Source: Cupriavidus necator
Lineage (GTDB): Bacteria > Pseudomonadota > Gammaproteobacteria > Burkholderiales > Burkholderiaceae
Direction: 5' to 3'
NCBI RefSeq assembly: GCF_016127575.1
Contig: NZ_CP066018.1
Location: 3,060,001-3,092,000, forward strand
DNA: 32,000 nucleotides
The notes beneath the pieces were generated by a model. It searched no databases. It was given only the letters and a program-made list of their open reading frames with translations, and had not been told where the DNA came from. A program made the position numbers and the translations under genes. This document shows, piece after piece, positions 20,576-28,203 of the stretch (position 1 is the first letter of the stretch; the number at the start of each line of letters is the position of its first letter).

Positions 20576-20639
20576 TGAACAGGGCGGCGGCGCGGCTCGC
20601 GCTCCCGATTTCCCCGATTCCTCTTCCCCCGGAGCCTTC

Positions 20640-22205
20640 ATGTTCAAGAACACTACCATCGGAGCCAGATTGTGGTTCCTCACCATCGTCACAAACTTGT
20701 TGTTGTTGATTGTCGGCGCAGTGGGTTGGCTCGGCATGTCGCGCAGCAACGAGGCGACGCACCAGATCTATGGGCAGCAGCTGTCGGCCGCGGTCAACCT
20801 GGCCGAAGCGCGTTCGAACCAGCTGCTGGTGCGCGTACTGCTGGACCAGGCGACCTTCGCCACGGACCCCGCCGATGCCAAGGCGCGCGCCGCGACCGCG
20901 GAAGGCTTTGCGCGCGATTCAGAGAAGGCCTGGCAGGCCTATCTCGCCTTGCCGCGCTCGGCTGACGAAGCCAGGGCGGTGGAGGATGTCACCGCCAGGC
21001 GCGATGCGCTCTTCAAGCAGGGTGTCGCGCCGATGATCACTGCGCTGCATGCCGGCGACCGCGATGGCGTGATGAAGGCCGTGCTCGAAACCATCCCGCA
21101 GCTCGACATCGCCTTCACCGCCGTCAATGCCGAACTGAACAAGCTGCAGGTGGCCAGCGCCAAGCAGGTCTACGAGGCATCGCAGCAACGCTATCGCAAC
21201 CTGTTCGCGCTGTCGGCATGCGTGCTGGCAGTGGGCCTGGCATTCAGCACCGTGGTGGCATGGCGCCTGCGCCGTTCGATCGTGCAGCCGCTGGATACTG
21301 CGATCGGGCGTTTCGAGAAGATCGCGGGTGGCGACCTGAGCGTCGCCGCTTCCGGCGGCGAGGTGCTGGCCGATGAGTCGGCGCGCAACGAGACCGCGCG
21401 CATGCTCGGCATGCTGGGACGGATGCAGGCCAGCCTGGTGGCCATGGTGGGCGACGTGCGTGGCGGCGCGGACTCGATTGCCTCGGCCAGCAAGCAGATC
21501 GCCAGCGGCAACGCCGACCTGTCGCAGCGTACCGAGCAGCAGGCGGCCTCGCTGGAAGAGACCGCCTCCAGCATGGAGGAACTGACCAGTACCGTGCGCC
21601 AGAATGCCGACAGCGCGCGCGAGGCCCGCGGGCTGGCAACGGATGCCGCGAGCCTGGCCGAGCGCGGCAGCGAGGCCGTGCTGCGCGTGGTCAACGTCAT
21701 GCAATCGATCGATGCCAGCTCGGGCAAGATCGTCGACATCATCGACGTGATCGAGAAGGTTGCGTTCCAGACCAATATCCTGGCGCTGAACGCGGCCGTG
21801 GAAGCCGCGCGTGCCGGCGAGCACGGCCGGGGATTTGCCGTGGTGGCTGGCGATGTGCGCGACCTGGCGCAGCGCTGCGCCGGCGCATCGAAGGAAATCC
21901 GCGCGCTGATCGGCGCCTCGGTGGCCAATGTGCGTGAGGGCTCGGGGCTGGTCGATGACGCCGGTCGGGCGATGCAGGACATCGTCGACGCGGTGCAGCG
22001 TGTCAGGGCCATCATCGGCGATATCAGCGCGGCCTCGGACGAGCAGTCCAACGGCATCGAGCAGGTCAACGTGGCGGTGTCGCAGATGGACAGCATGACG
22101 CAGCAGAATGCGGCGCTGGTGGAGCAGGCGGCCGCCGCGGCGGCATCGCTCGAAGACCAGGCGCAGCGCCTGACCTCGCTGGTGGCGACGTTCCGGCTGG
22201 CGTGA
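20640..22205 (+). CDS. Methyl-accepting chemotaxis protein (4-helix-bundle sensor, HAMP, MA domain)
   Basis: ATG at 20640 with GGAG 6 nt upstream. Two TM segments, HAMP domain and the conserved signalling hairpin ([36 protein letters not shown]). Confidence 0.9.
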   Translation: MFKNTTIGARLWFLTIVTNLLLLIVGAVGWLGMSRSNEATHQIYGQQLSAAVNLAEARSNQLLVRVLLDQATFATDPADAKARAATAEGFARDSEKAWQAYLALPRSADEARAVEDVTARRDALFKQGVAPMITALHAGDRDGVMKAVLETIPQLDIAFTAVNAELNKLQVASAKQVYEASQQRYRNLFALSACVLAVGLAFSTVVAWRLRRSIVQPLDTAIGRFEKIAGGDLSVAASGGEVLADESARNETARMLGMLGRMQASLVAMVGDVRGGADSIASASKQIASGNADLSQRTEQQAASLEETASSMEELTSTVRQNADSAREARGLATDAASLAERGSEAVLRVVNVMQSIDASSGKIVDIIDVIEKVAFQTNILALNAAVEAARAGEHGRGFAVVAGDVRDLAQRCAGASKEIRALIGASVANVREGSGLVDDAGRAMQDIVDAVQRVRAIIGDISAASDEQSNGIEQVNVAVSQMDSMTQQNAALVEQAAAAAASLEDQAQRLTSLVATFRLA

Positions 22206-22315
22206 CGGTGCCGGGCGCATGCGCAGTGACTGCACATGCGCAGCAAGCTGCCCACAGGGGTGCGCTTGCCGATGCGACTGGCGTAAAATCGCGAGTTGCA
22301 TTGGAGGAGTACGAC

Positions 22316-23404
22316 ATGACTGAATTCGTCACGACCGAGGTCCGCGGTGGCATCGGATACCTGACGCTGAACCGCCCGCAGGCGCTCAACGCCCTGTCGC
22401 TCGACATGATCCGCGCCATCACCCAGGCGCTGCAGACCTGGGCCGCCGCACCCGAGGTGGCGGCCGTGGTGGTTGCCGGTGCCGGCGGCAAGGCCTTCTG
22501 CGCCGGGGGCGATATCCGCTATTTTCACAAGGCTGCGCACGAAGGCGATCCGCTGCTCGACCAGTTCTTTGTCGAAGAATACGCGCTGAACTTCCTGATC
22601 CACCGCTATGCCAAGCCCTATATCGCACTGATGGACGGCGTGGTGATGGGTGGCGGCATGGGCATCTCGCAAGGGGCGCGGCTGCGCCTGGTCACCGATC
22701 GCACCAAGATGGCGATGCCGGAAACCAATATCGGCCTGTTCCCGGATGTGGGCGGCGGCTGGTTCCTCGCGCGCACGCCGGGCCGCATCGGCGAGTACCT
22801 GGGGCTGACCGGCACCGTGATCCATGCCGCCGACGCACTCTACGCCGGGCTGGCCGACGCCTATCTGCCGCGCAACCGGCTGGCCGAGCTGGTCGATTCG
22901 CTGCGCACGCAGCAGTTTGCCAGCGGCGACGCCGTGCTGGCGCACATCGAAGGCTTTACCGCTGCGCACCGCGATGACTGCGTGCCGGCGCAAAGCACGC
23001 TGGCCGGGTTGTCGGCGCAGATCGACAGCCTGTTCGCGGGCAACACCATGCCGGACATCCTCGCCGCCGTCAGCGACGCCCCGGGCGACTGGGCCGCGCA
23101 GACCGCCGCCATGCTGCGCAGCCGCTCGCCACTGATGCTGTGCGTGACGCTGGAGCAGATCCGCCGTGCGCGCAGCATGTCGCTCGAAGACGAGCTGCGC
23201 ATGGAACTGGACATGATGCATTACGTGTTCCGCAACGGCGACGGTGTCGAGGGCATCCGCGCACTGGCTGTCGACAAGGACCACAAGCCGCGCTGGCAGC
23301 ATGCGCGGCTTGATGATGTCAGCCGCGAGAAGGTGCTGTCGTTCTTCGACAGCCCGTGGCGCGCCGAGGAACATCCGCTGGCGTCGCTCGGCAAGACTGC
23401 CTGA
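22316..23404 (+). CDS. Enoyl-CoA hydratase/isomerase family protein, 3-hydroxyisobutyryl-CoA hydrolase-like
   Basis: ATG at 22316 preceded by GGAGGAG. Crotonase-fold motifs (AFCAGGDI, MDGVVMGGGMGIS, MPETNIGLFPDVGG) and an ECH_2-type C-terminal extension. Confidence 0.85.
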   Translation: MTEFVTTEVRGGIGYLTLNRPQALNALSLDMIRAITQALQTWAAAPEVAAVVVAGAGGKAFCAGGDIRYFHKAAHEGDPLLDQFFVEEYALNFLIHRYAKPYIALMDGVVMGGGMGISQGARLRLVTDRTKMAMPETNIGLFPDVGGGWFLARTPGRIGEYLGLTGTVIHAADALYAGLADAYLPRNRLAELVDSLRTQQFASGDAVLAHIEGFTAAHRDDCVPAQSTLAGLSAQIDSLFAGNTMPDILAAVSDAPGDWAAQTAAMLRSRSPLMLCVTLEQIRRARSMSLEDELRMELDMMHYVFRNGDGVEGIRALAVDKDHKPRWQHARLDDVSREKVLSFFDSPWRAEEHPLASLGKTA

Positions 23405-23533
23405 CATCCGCTGCGCAGGACGTGGCGGCGCCGACTCGGGTAGAGTGACGGCTGGACCGGCGCACGCGGCCAGGCCAACCCTGGCCGCGTGCGCCGTCCG
23501 CGTCATTCCGTCCACACAGTCAAAGGAGCCGCA

Positions 23534-24094
23534 ATGAGTAATCCTCGTGATGTCGTTGTACTGGTGGGAAGCCTGCGCAAGGAGTCATACAACCGCAAAC
23601 TGGCCAAGGCGCTGATCGCGCTGGCGCCGCAGCAACTCAAGCTGGAGATTGTCGAGATCGGCGAGCTGCAGCTGTACAACCAGGACCTGGACGACAAACC
23701 TACCCAGGCCTGGACCACGTTCCGCGACCGCGTCCGCCGCGCCGACGCCGTGTTGTTCGTGACCCCGGAATACAACCGCTCCGTGCCCGCGCCGCTGAAG
23801 AACGCCATCGACGTGGGCTCGCGGCCCTACGGCAGCAGCGTCTGGGACGGCAAGCCTGGCGCCGTCATCAGCGCTTCGCCCGGCGCCATCGGTGGCTTCG
23901 GTGCCAACCAGCACCTGCGCCAGTCGATGGTGTTCCTCAATGTCCCGATGCTGCAGCAGCCTGAGGCGTATATCAGCGGCGTCGACAAGCTGTTTGATGA
24001 GCAGGGCGGGATCGCCAATGAATCGACCAAGGGCTTTCTCGGCAAATTTCTGACGACGTTTGCAGGCTGGATCGAGCGGACTGCGCCGCGGTGA
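23534..24094 (+). CDS. NADPH-dependent FMN reductase (ChrR/YieF-like)
   Basis: ATG at 23534 preceded by AAAGGAG. Motifs LVGSLRKESYNRKLA and FVTPEYNRSVPAPLKNAID. Confidence 0.85.
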   Translation: MSNPRDVVVLVGSLRKESYNRKLAKALIALAPQQLKLEIVEIGELQLYNQDLDDKPTQAWTTFRDRVRRADAVLFVTPEYNRSVPAPLKNAIDVGSRPYGSSVWDGKPGAVISASPGAIGGFGANQHLRQSMVFLNVPMLQQPEAYISGVDKLFDEQGGIANESTKGFLGKFLTTFAGWIERTAPR

Positions 24095-24209
24095 TACTGC
24101 GGGGGCCGGGCGCTGTGAACCTCGACGCGGTAGCCTGTAACCGCGGTTTGGGGGGACGTGTCAGGTTACGAAGGCGTGCGCATCCGCCCCGGCTCCTGTC
24201 AGCGAACGT

Positions 24210-24545
24210 TCAGAGGTCGAGTCGAGAACCATCGAGTGCCATCCATGCCCAGAGGAGAAGCACCGGCATCCCGGCCAGCCAGCGCAGCCAAATGCTGCGG
24301 TTCATTGCCAGCAACGCCCAAATTGCAAGTGAGTAACCAAGCAGGAGTGCGAAGCACGACAGCAGGTAGTTCGCCTGTGATTGATATGCCCACATCGCCG
24401 CAGATGGTCCTTGGCCGCCGAACGGATAGTTTTCAGGGCCTGTCCAGGCTCCCCGTATCTCTACAAGCATCAGCATGGCGACGAGACCGAGGATGCCGGA
24501 ACCGACAGCCTTAATAGCGAACTTCCAGTTCCATGTCTTTCGCAT
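24210..24545 (-). CDS. Small hydrophobic membrane protein (about 3 TM segments); candidate immunity protein to the adjacent toxin remnant
   Basis: 111-aa reading frame from the ATG at 24545 (MRKTWNWKFAIKAVGSGILGLVAMLMLV...). Three hydrophobic stretches. Overlaps the 3' end of the upstream toxin-like ORF by 35 nt. Lower-GC region. Confidence 0.5.
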   Translation of the reverse strand: MRKTWNWKFAIKAVGSGILGLVAMLMLVEIRGAWTGPENYPFGGQGPSAAMWAYQSQANYLLSCFALLLGYSLAIWALLAMNRSIWLRWLAGMPVLLLWAWMALDGSRLDL

Positions 24546-24803
24546 AGTACAAAAACTCCTTGGCAAAGGAGTTCATTGAACTGGTGAAGTCGATGCAACC
24601 TGCAGAGCCAGGGTAGCTTCCGCCGTGGATCGTGAAATTGCTTCGGCCAAACACGTTTGTCCCCGGCGTGGCTGCAACCCAATGCGCCGGGTTCCCCAGG
24701 CTGTCGTACAGCCCGGCCATCGCCCGGCCTTGATGTTGATGAGCCTGAGAATGCAGGCAGCATCTGTTGAAGATGCTTGTAATTTCCCAGTGTTGAAAAT
24801 CAT
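24511..24803 (-). pseudogene. Tlde1/DUF2778-like (L,D-transpeptidase-fold, T6SS-effector-type) toxin remnant, split over two frames and shorter than typical family members
   Basis: ORF 24511..24720 encodes ...AGLYDSLGNPAHW...GRSNFTIHGGSYPGSAGCIDF...MELEVRY, a His...Gly-Ser-x-Gly-Cys catalytic-type motif. The upstream ATG at 24803 opens MIFNTGKLQ...INIKAGR in another frame that abuts it. Confidence 0.45.
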
Positions 24804-25142
24804 CCTGCCGCGCGGTGGTGCGGGGCCCCTGTCAGGGGCGGGCGCGCACGTTCCCATTTGCACGCAGAGGGCTTCGGGAATCAATCAGCGCAGTCCGAAT
24901 GTGCATGTTATCTGTGCTGCACGTCTTCTATAGCCCAGTTAAGCCGTGCACGTGGAGTGATGCCAAGGAGCCGTTTCAGCATCGCGAGTGCACCTGTGTT
25001 GCTTCGATCGATCTCGATCTGCCCTCGATGGTAAACTCAAGCGCTTCCGCTCATCAGCGAACTTGCCGTTTCCCGACAGGCTGACGAGGCAGTTTTTGAG
25101 TTTTTCTAAGTAGGAATATCGGTCCAGGCGGATCGTTGTGAA

Positions 25143-26180
25143 ATGACTGATTATCAAGGGAAGATCGCTGCTGCAAGCCCGCGCCGGGTATCCGTGGCCC
25201 CGATGATGGACTGGACCGACCGCCATTGCCGCATGTTCCACCGCCAGCTCAGCCGCCACACCTGGCTGTACACCGAGATGGTGACCACCGGCGCGCTGCT
25301 GCATGGCGACGTCCCGCGCCACCTGGACTTCGATGCGGCCGAACACCCGGTCGCGCTGCAGTTGGGCGGCAGCGAGCCGGCAGATCTTGCCATGGCGGCC
25401 AAGCTGGGGCAGCAGTGGGGCTATGCGGAAGTCAACCTGAACTGCGGCTGCCCGTCCGAGCGCGTGCAGCGCGGGGCCTTCGGCGCGTGCCTGATGGCCG
25501 AGCCGCAACTGGTGGCCGACTGCGTCAAGGCGATGCGCGATGCGGTGGATATCCCGGTCACCGTCAAGCATCGCATCGGCATCGACAAGATCGAGCACTA
25601 CGATTTTGTTCGTGATTTCGTCGGCCGGGTGGCCGAGGCGGGTTGCGGCACGTTTATCGTCCACGCGCGCAATGCGATCCTGAAGGGCCTGAGCCCGAAA
25701 GAAAACCGTGAGATTCCGCCGCTGCGCTATGAGGTGGCGTACCAGCTGAAGCAGGAGTTTCCTGAGCTGGAGATCCTGATCAACGGTGGCATCGTCAGCT
25801 ATGACGAGGTGGCGGCCCACCTCGAGCACGTCGATGGCGTGATGATCGGTCGCGAGGCATACCATCAGCCCTATGTATTGGCCGAAATGGATGCGCGCTT
25901 CTATGGCGATGCGAGTGCGCCGGCGCCGTCGCGGCTCGATGTCGAGCTGGCGATGCAGCGCTATATCGGCGACCTGGTGGAGCGGGGTGGCTATATGGGC
26001 GCGGTCACGCGCCACATGCTTGGCCTGCATCGTGGCATCGCGGGCGGACGTGGCTGGCGCCGCGTGCTGTCGGATGCCAAGCGCATGAATGCGGCACGCA
26101 CGCGAGCCGATGTGGATGCACTGTTCGAAGAGGCGCGCGCGCACTTGCGGCCGCAGGCACAAGAGCCTCTGGCCGCGTAA
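25143..26180 (+). CDS. dusA: tRNA-dihydrouridine(20/20a) synthase DusA
   Basis: 345 aa. VAPMMDWTDRHCRMFHR and NLNCGCPS motifs; Dus TIM-barrel. Confidence 0.9.
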   Translation: MTDYQGKIAAASPRRVSVAPMMDWTDRHCRMFHRQLSRHTWLYTEMVTTGALLHGDVPRHLDFDAAEHPVALQLGGSEPADLAMAAKLGQQWGYAEVNLNCGCPSERVQRGAFGACLMAEPQLVADCVKAMRDAVDIPVTVKHRIGIDKIEHYDFVRDFVGRVAEAGCGTFIVHARNAILKGLSPKENREIPPLRYEVAYQLKQEFPELEILINGGIVSYDEVAAHLEHVDGVMIGREAYHQPYVLAEMDARFYGDASAPAPSRLDVELAMQRYIGDLVERGGYMGAVTRHMLGLHRGIAGGRGWRRVLSDAKRMNAARTRADVDALFEEARAHLRPQAQEPLAA

Positions 26181-26392
26181 GCGAGCGTGGGCTGCGCGTT
26201 CTGCCGAGGCCGCGCTCTAACTCCGAATCGTGAAAATGTGCATGGCTGCGCGGGGGTACCGCGCGCCGCACTTGCAATGCCTGATCGCCCGGAAACCGGC
26301 GCCAGGAAAGGGATTCCCCTAATTCGCTGAGGCAGGGCACTTTCATACACTGTGCCTGCCCTCGAATACAGGGCTTTCTTCAACTGATTATT

Positions 26393-26417
26393 AGCCCGCT
26401 TCGGCGGGCTTTTTTTT
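26393..26417 (+). terminator. Intrinsic terminator about 210 nt downstream of the dusA stop
   Basis: AGCCCGC-TTCG-GCGGGCT followed by seven or eight T. Confidence 0.75.
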
Positions 26418-26536
26418 CGTCGCCGTACTCTTGTTGCTACGCCAGGCTTGTTGCTCTTCGTTTACCCGAATGGTGCATTCCCAGGATGACAGTTACAGTG
26501 CAACCGCCTTCAGGGCATTTGAGATCGCTAAATTTA

Positions 26537-26563
26537 AGAGTCCGCGCTGCGGACTCTTTTTTT
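26537..26563 (+). terminator. Second intrinsic terminator, about 145 nt after the first, with no credible ORF in between
   Basis: AGAGTCCGC-GCT-GCGGACTCT followed by seven T. Confidence 0.75.
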
Positions 26564-26641
26564 GCGCGCTCGCTTTGCTTGCGCCGACGAGGGGATTAGA
26601 CGGTTGTCCCCGTAAAGAGTTCCATCGGTCACGCCAGCAGG

Positions 26642-26797
26642 CTAGCGCGTATGGCTGATGCCTACGTCCAGCGTGCCGTACGTCGTGATGCTCGATTCCC
26701 TGCCGTCGACCCCGCCGCCAGCGCATCCGCCGAGCAAGGTGGCCGCCAATGCCGTCAGCGCAAGAATCCGCGCTGGCCATCTACACTTGATTTGCAT
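26642..26797 (-). pseudogene. Porin N-terminal stub (51 codons) with a lipobox-like signal peptide
   Basis: MQIKCRWPARILALTALAATLLGGCAGG...SSITTYGTLDVGISHTR*. The SS(V/I)T(L)YG.LD.G(I) segment is the characteristic first beta-strand of Burkholderiales trimeric porins, and the frame ends right after it. Confidence 0.45.
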
Positions 26798-26823
26798 TCC
26801 CGTTTCCTGCCGTTCGTAGACGT

Positions 26824-26848
26824 GTCGATTTTTGTCGATGACGTCGAT
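26824..26848. repeat. Three direct GTCGAT hexamers at 10/9-bp phasing upstream of the porin stub
   Basis: GTCGAT at 26824-26829, 26834-26839 and 26843-26848. Confidence 0.5.
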
Positions 26849-26917
26849 TGGGCTCTCAGATGCTCGTGAGGTTCCTTCGCCAGGTGCTGGCGCCACGACA
26901 ATGAGAAGGCAGGGTGG

Positions 26918-26956
26918 CCAAAAAGAGGCAGGCGGCCCGATGGGGCGGGCCGCCTG
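26918..26956 (-). terminator. Terminator-like hairpin on the minus strand with no obvious upstream gene
   Basis: Perfect 11-bp stem CAGGCGGCCCG (26929-26939) / CGGGCCGCCTG (26946-26956). On the minus strand it is followed by CCTCTTTTTGG. Confidence 0.4.
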
Positions 26957-27194
26957 ACGGGAAGGTCGAGGGGGGTCAATGTCCCTCAGGCACAAGTATC
27001 GCTTCGCGCATTTGCGGCATGAACCCTGCAGAGGTAGGGGCTGTGCACAGCATATTTCCGCGAGCGAATCAGCGGCAGGCGCGAAGGTGCCAGCGCCGGG
27101 CGGGCGCCCTGGTCGGCGGCCGTGATACGATCCCTCGCATAGCCCCAGGCGAGACAAGGCATGGCATGCGGACCGAGCCGGCAGGGGGAGCAGC

Positions 27195-27473
27195 GTGGAA
27201 AAAGAAAACGTGGAAAACGAAGCGCCGTTCGGCGTTGTCTATGAAGACTTCAGGGTGATCTGGGTTGCCGAGCAACTGCAGGACGGCAAATGGACGGCAC
27301 GCTACTGCTGGCATCCCGGCACTTCGGAAGCTGCTGGCAAGGCGTTGCAGGAAGCCGTGCTGAACGGCAAGTCGCGCCGCCTGTTGGGGCAGTTCGATAC
27401 CGAAGCGGAGACCGTCGAAGCCATCAAGCAGGCAGTGCTGCTTGAAGCAAAGTGGAGCCCGTCCAGAACCTGA
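27195..27473 (+). CDS. Hypothetical protein (92 aa), no recognisable family
   Basis: GTG start preceded by GGGGGA at -11 to -6. GC3-rich, gene-like codon pattern and no internal low complexity. Confidence 0.5.
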   Translation: MEKENVENEAPFGVVYEDFRVIWVAEQLQDGKWTARYCWHPGTSEAAGKALQEAVLNGKSRRLLGQFDTEAETVEAIKQAVLLEAKWSPSRT

Positions 27474-27504
27474 GCTTTTCTCTCAAAAAAATTGTGCGGA
27501 ATAC

Positions 27505-27533
27505 TAGCCATTCCGGCAAACTGTTTGTATAAT
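27505..27533 (+). promoter_or_regulatory. Candidate sigma70 promoter for tRNA-His
   Basis: TAGCCA (27505-27510), 17 nt, TATAAT (27528-27533); about 45 nt upstream of the tRNA. Confidence 0.4.
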
Positions 27534-27578
27534 CTTGGTTTTCGTCGATCAGCAACGTAACGCGCTGATGACCTCTAC

Positions 27579-27655
27579 GGTGGCTGTAGCTCAGTTGGTA
27601 GAGTCCAGGATTGTGATTCCTGTCGTCGTGGGTTCGAGTCCCATCAGCCACCCCA
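27579..27655 (+). tRNA. tRNA-His (anticodon GTG) with the characteristic extra 5' G(-1) and an encoded CCA
   Basis: GGTGGCTGTAGCTCAGTTGGTAGAGTCCAGGATTGTGATTCCTGTCGTCGTGGGTTCGAGTCCCATCAGCCACCCCA folds as a cloverleaf by eye. G-1:C73, anticodon loop TTGTGAT, T-arm GGTTCGAGTCC. Confidence 0.9.
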
Positions 27656-27657
27656 AA
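27608..27657 (+). repeat. attL-type core: 3' part of tRNA-His, repeated at 30505-30554
   Basis: 49/50 identity to 30505-30554. The single mismatch (27614 T versus 30511 A) falls in the anticodon. Confidence 0.85.
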
Positions 27658-27753
27658 TTTTCTTTCGCATCAAGGCCTTACGGGCTTTCTAACCGTCCCA
27701 TGATGCGGAATTTCCCCACGGCGCCACTGGTGCCGTTTCTGTTTTCTGCTCCC

Positions 27754-27913
27754 TTATTCTGTTGCTGCTGCCCGTTTGACCTTGCGCCGATCGTAGTGAC
27801 GGTGGGTGGTCGATGGGTTGGCGTGTGCCGCGAAGTCGTAGGCGTCGGCGGACCTGCGCTCGAGCTTCGTGGTGATCGCCGAAGTGGACCTCGTATGCCT
27901 TCAGGGTTGTCAT
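27754..27913 (-). pseudogene. Tyrosine-recombinase (phage integrase) C-terminal stub, frameshifted
   Basis: Minus-strand frames read MTTLKAYEVHFGD... and, after a 1-nt shift, ...AITTKLERRSADAYDFAAHANPSTTHRHYDRRKVKRAAATE*. This fits the integrase C-terminal ...HDLKA...GH(x)nT(x)xY(x)R... pattern with a catalytic-Tyr context. Canonical position next to the tRNA att site. Confidence 0.4.
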
Positions 27914-28203
27914 GCTGCCTCCCTAGCGGCGAGCATGGCGTCGGCCTCGATGTAGCGGAGGCGGGCACGCGCATCAGCCCAGAAGATCGCGTTGGCTAGC
28001 GGGTGGGCGGCGTAGTCAGGCATGGCGCGGCCGAGCAGTTGCTCCGCATAGCGGACGCCGATTTCATCGCCAACGACAACCTTCGCGGCGAAGTAGTCGC
28101 GAAGGGTCATGCCGCCAACTATCTCGTTCGGGTAGTCCCTGTTGAACGACGTGGGAAATGCCGAGCCGCCGTTGTCGATGTCGGTACTCACCCGCCGCCG
28201 CAT
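27910..28203 (-). CDS. Phage-associated hypothetical protein (GMTLRDYFAAK-type small prophage protein)
   Basis: ORF 27910..28296; a start at 28203 (MRRRV...) or an internal start is possible. The motif GGSAFP...GMTLRDYFAAK is recurrent in small prophage early-region proteins (from memory). The stop overlaps the integrase stub ATG (ATGA). Confidence 0.45.
   Translation of the reverse strand: MRRRVSTDIDNGGSAFPTSFNRDYPNEIVGGMTLRDYFAAKVVVGDEIGVRYAEQLLGRAMPDYAAHPLANAIFWADARARLRYIEADAMLAAREAA

Noticed and set aside
20919-23515. Two long minus-strand ORFs (460 aa and 774 aa) antisense to the MCP and crotonase genes
   Set aside because: Both are antisense shadows of confidently assigned plus-strand genes, with R/A/G/H-rich translations and no motifs.
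24815-25084. 89-aa plus-strand ORF between the toxin remnant and dusA
   Set aside because: It has no RBS, is Cys/Ser/Arg-rich, and overlaps the GCCCCTGTCAGGGGC hairpin (about 24825-24839). It is treated as non-coding spacer.
24939-26162. 407-aa minus-strand ORF antisense to dusA, extending into the upstream spacer
   Set aside because: Antisense shadow of dusA. I tried to read its 3' tail (24939-25140) as a transposase or integrase fragment in all frames, but no convincing motif emerged. That spacer is left unassigned.
26431-26658. 75-aa plus-strand ORF in the region after dusA
   Set aside because: It reads straight through a strong intrinsic terminator (26537-26563), has no RBS and has an implausible composition.
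27041-27050. Palindrome CTGTGCACAG, considered as a LexA (SOS) box because lexA is nearby
   Set aside because: The spacing is CTGT-N2-ACAG, not the CTGT-N8-ACAG expected for proteobacterial LexA, and no gene start is adjacent.
27424-27651. 75-aa minus-strand ORF (MADGTRTHDDRNHNPG...) and its look-alike at 30174..30596 (…ADGTRTHDDRNLNPG…)
   Set aside because: The shared peptide is just the antisense translation of the tRNA-His 3' segment and its attR copy. It is evidence for the DNA repeat, not for protein-coding genes.
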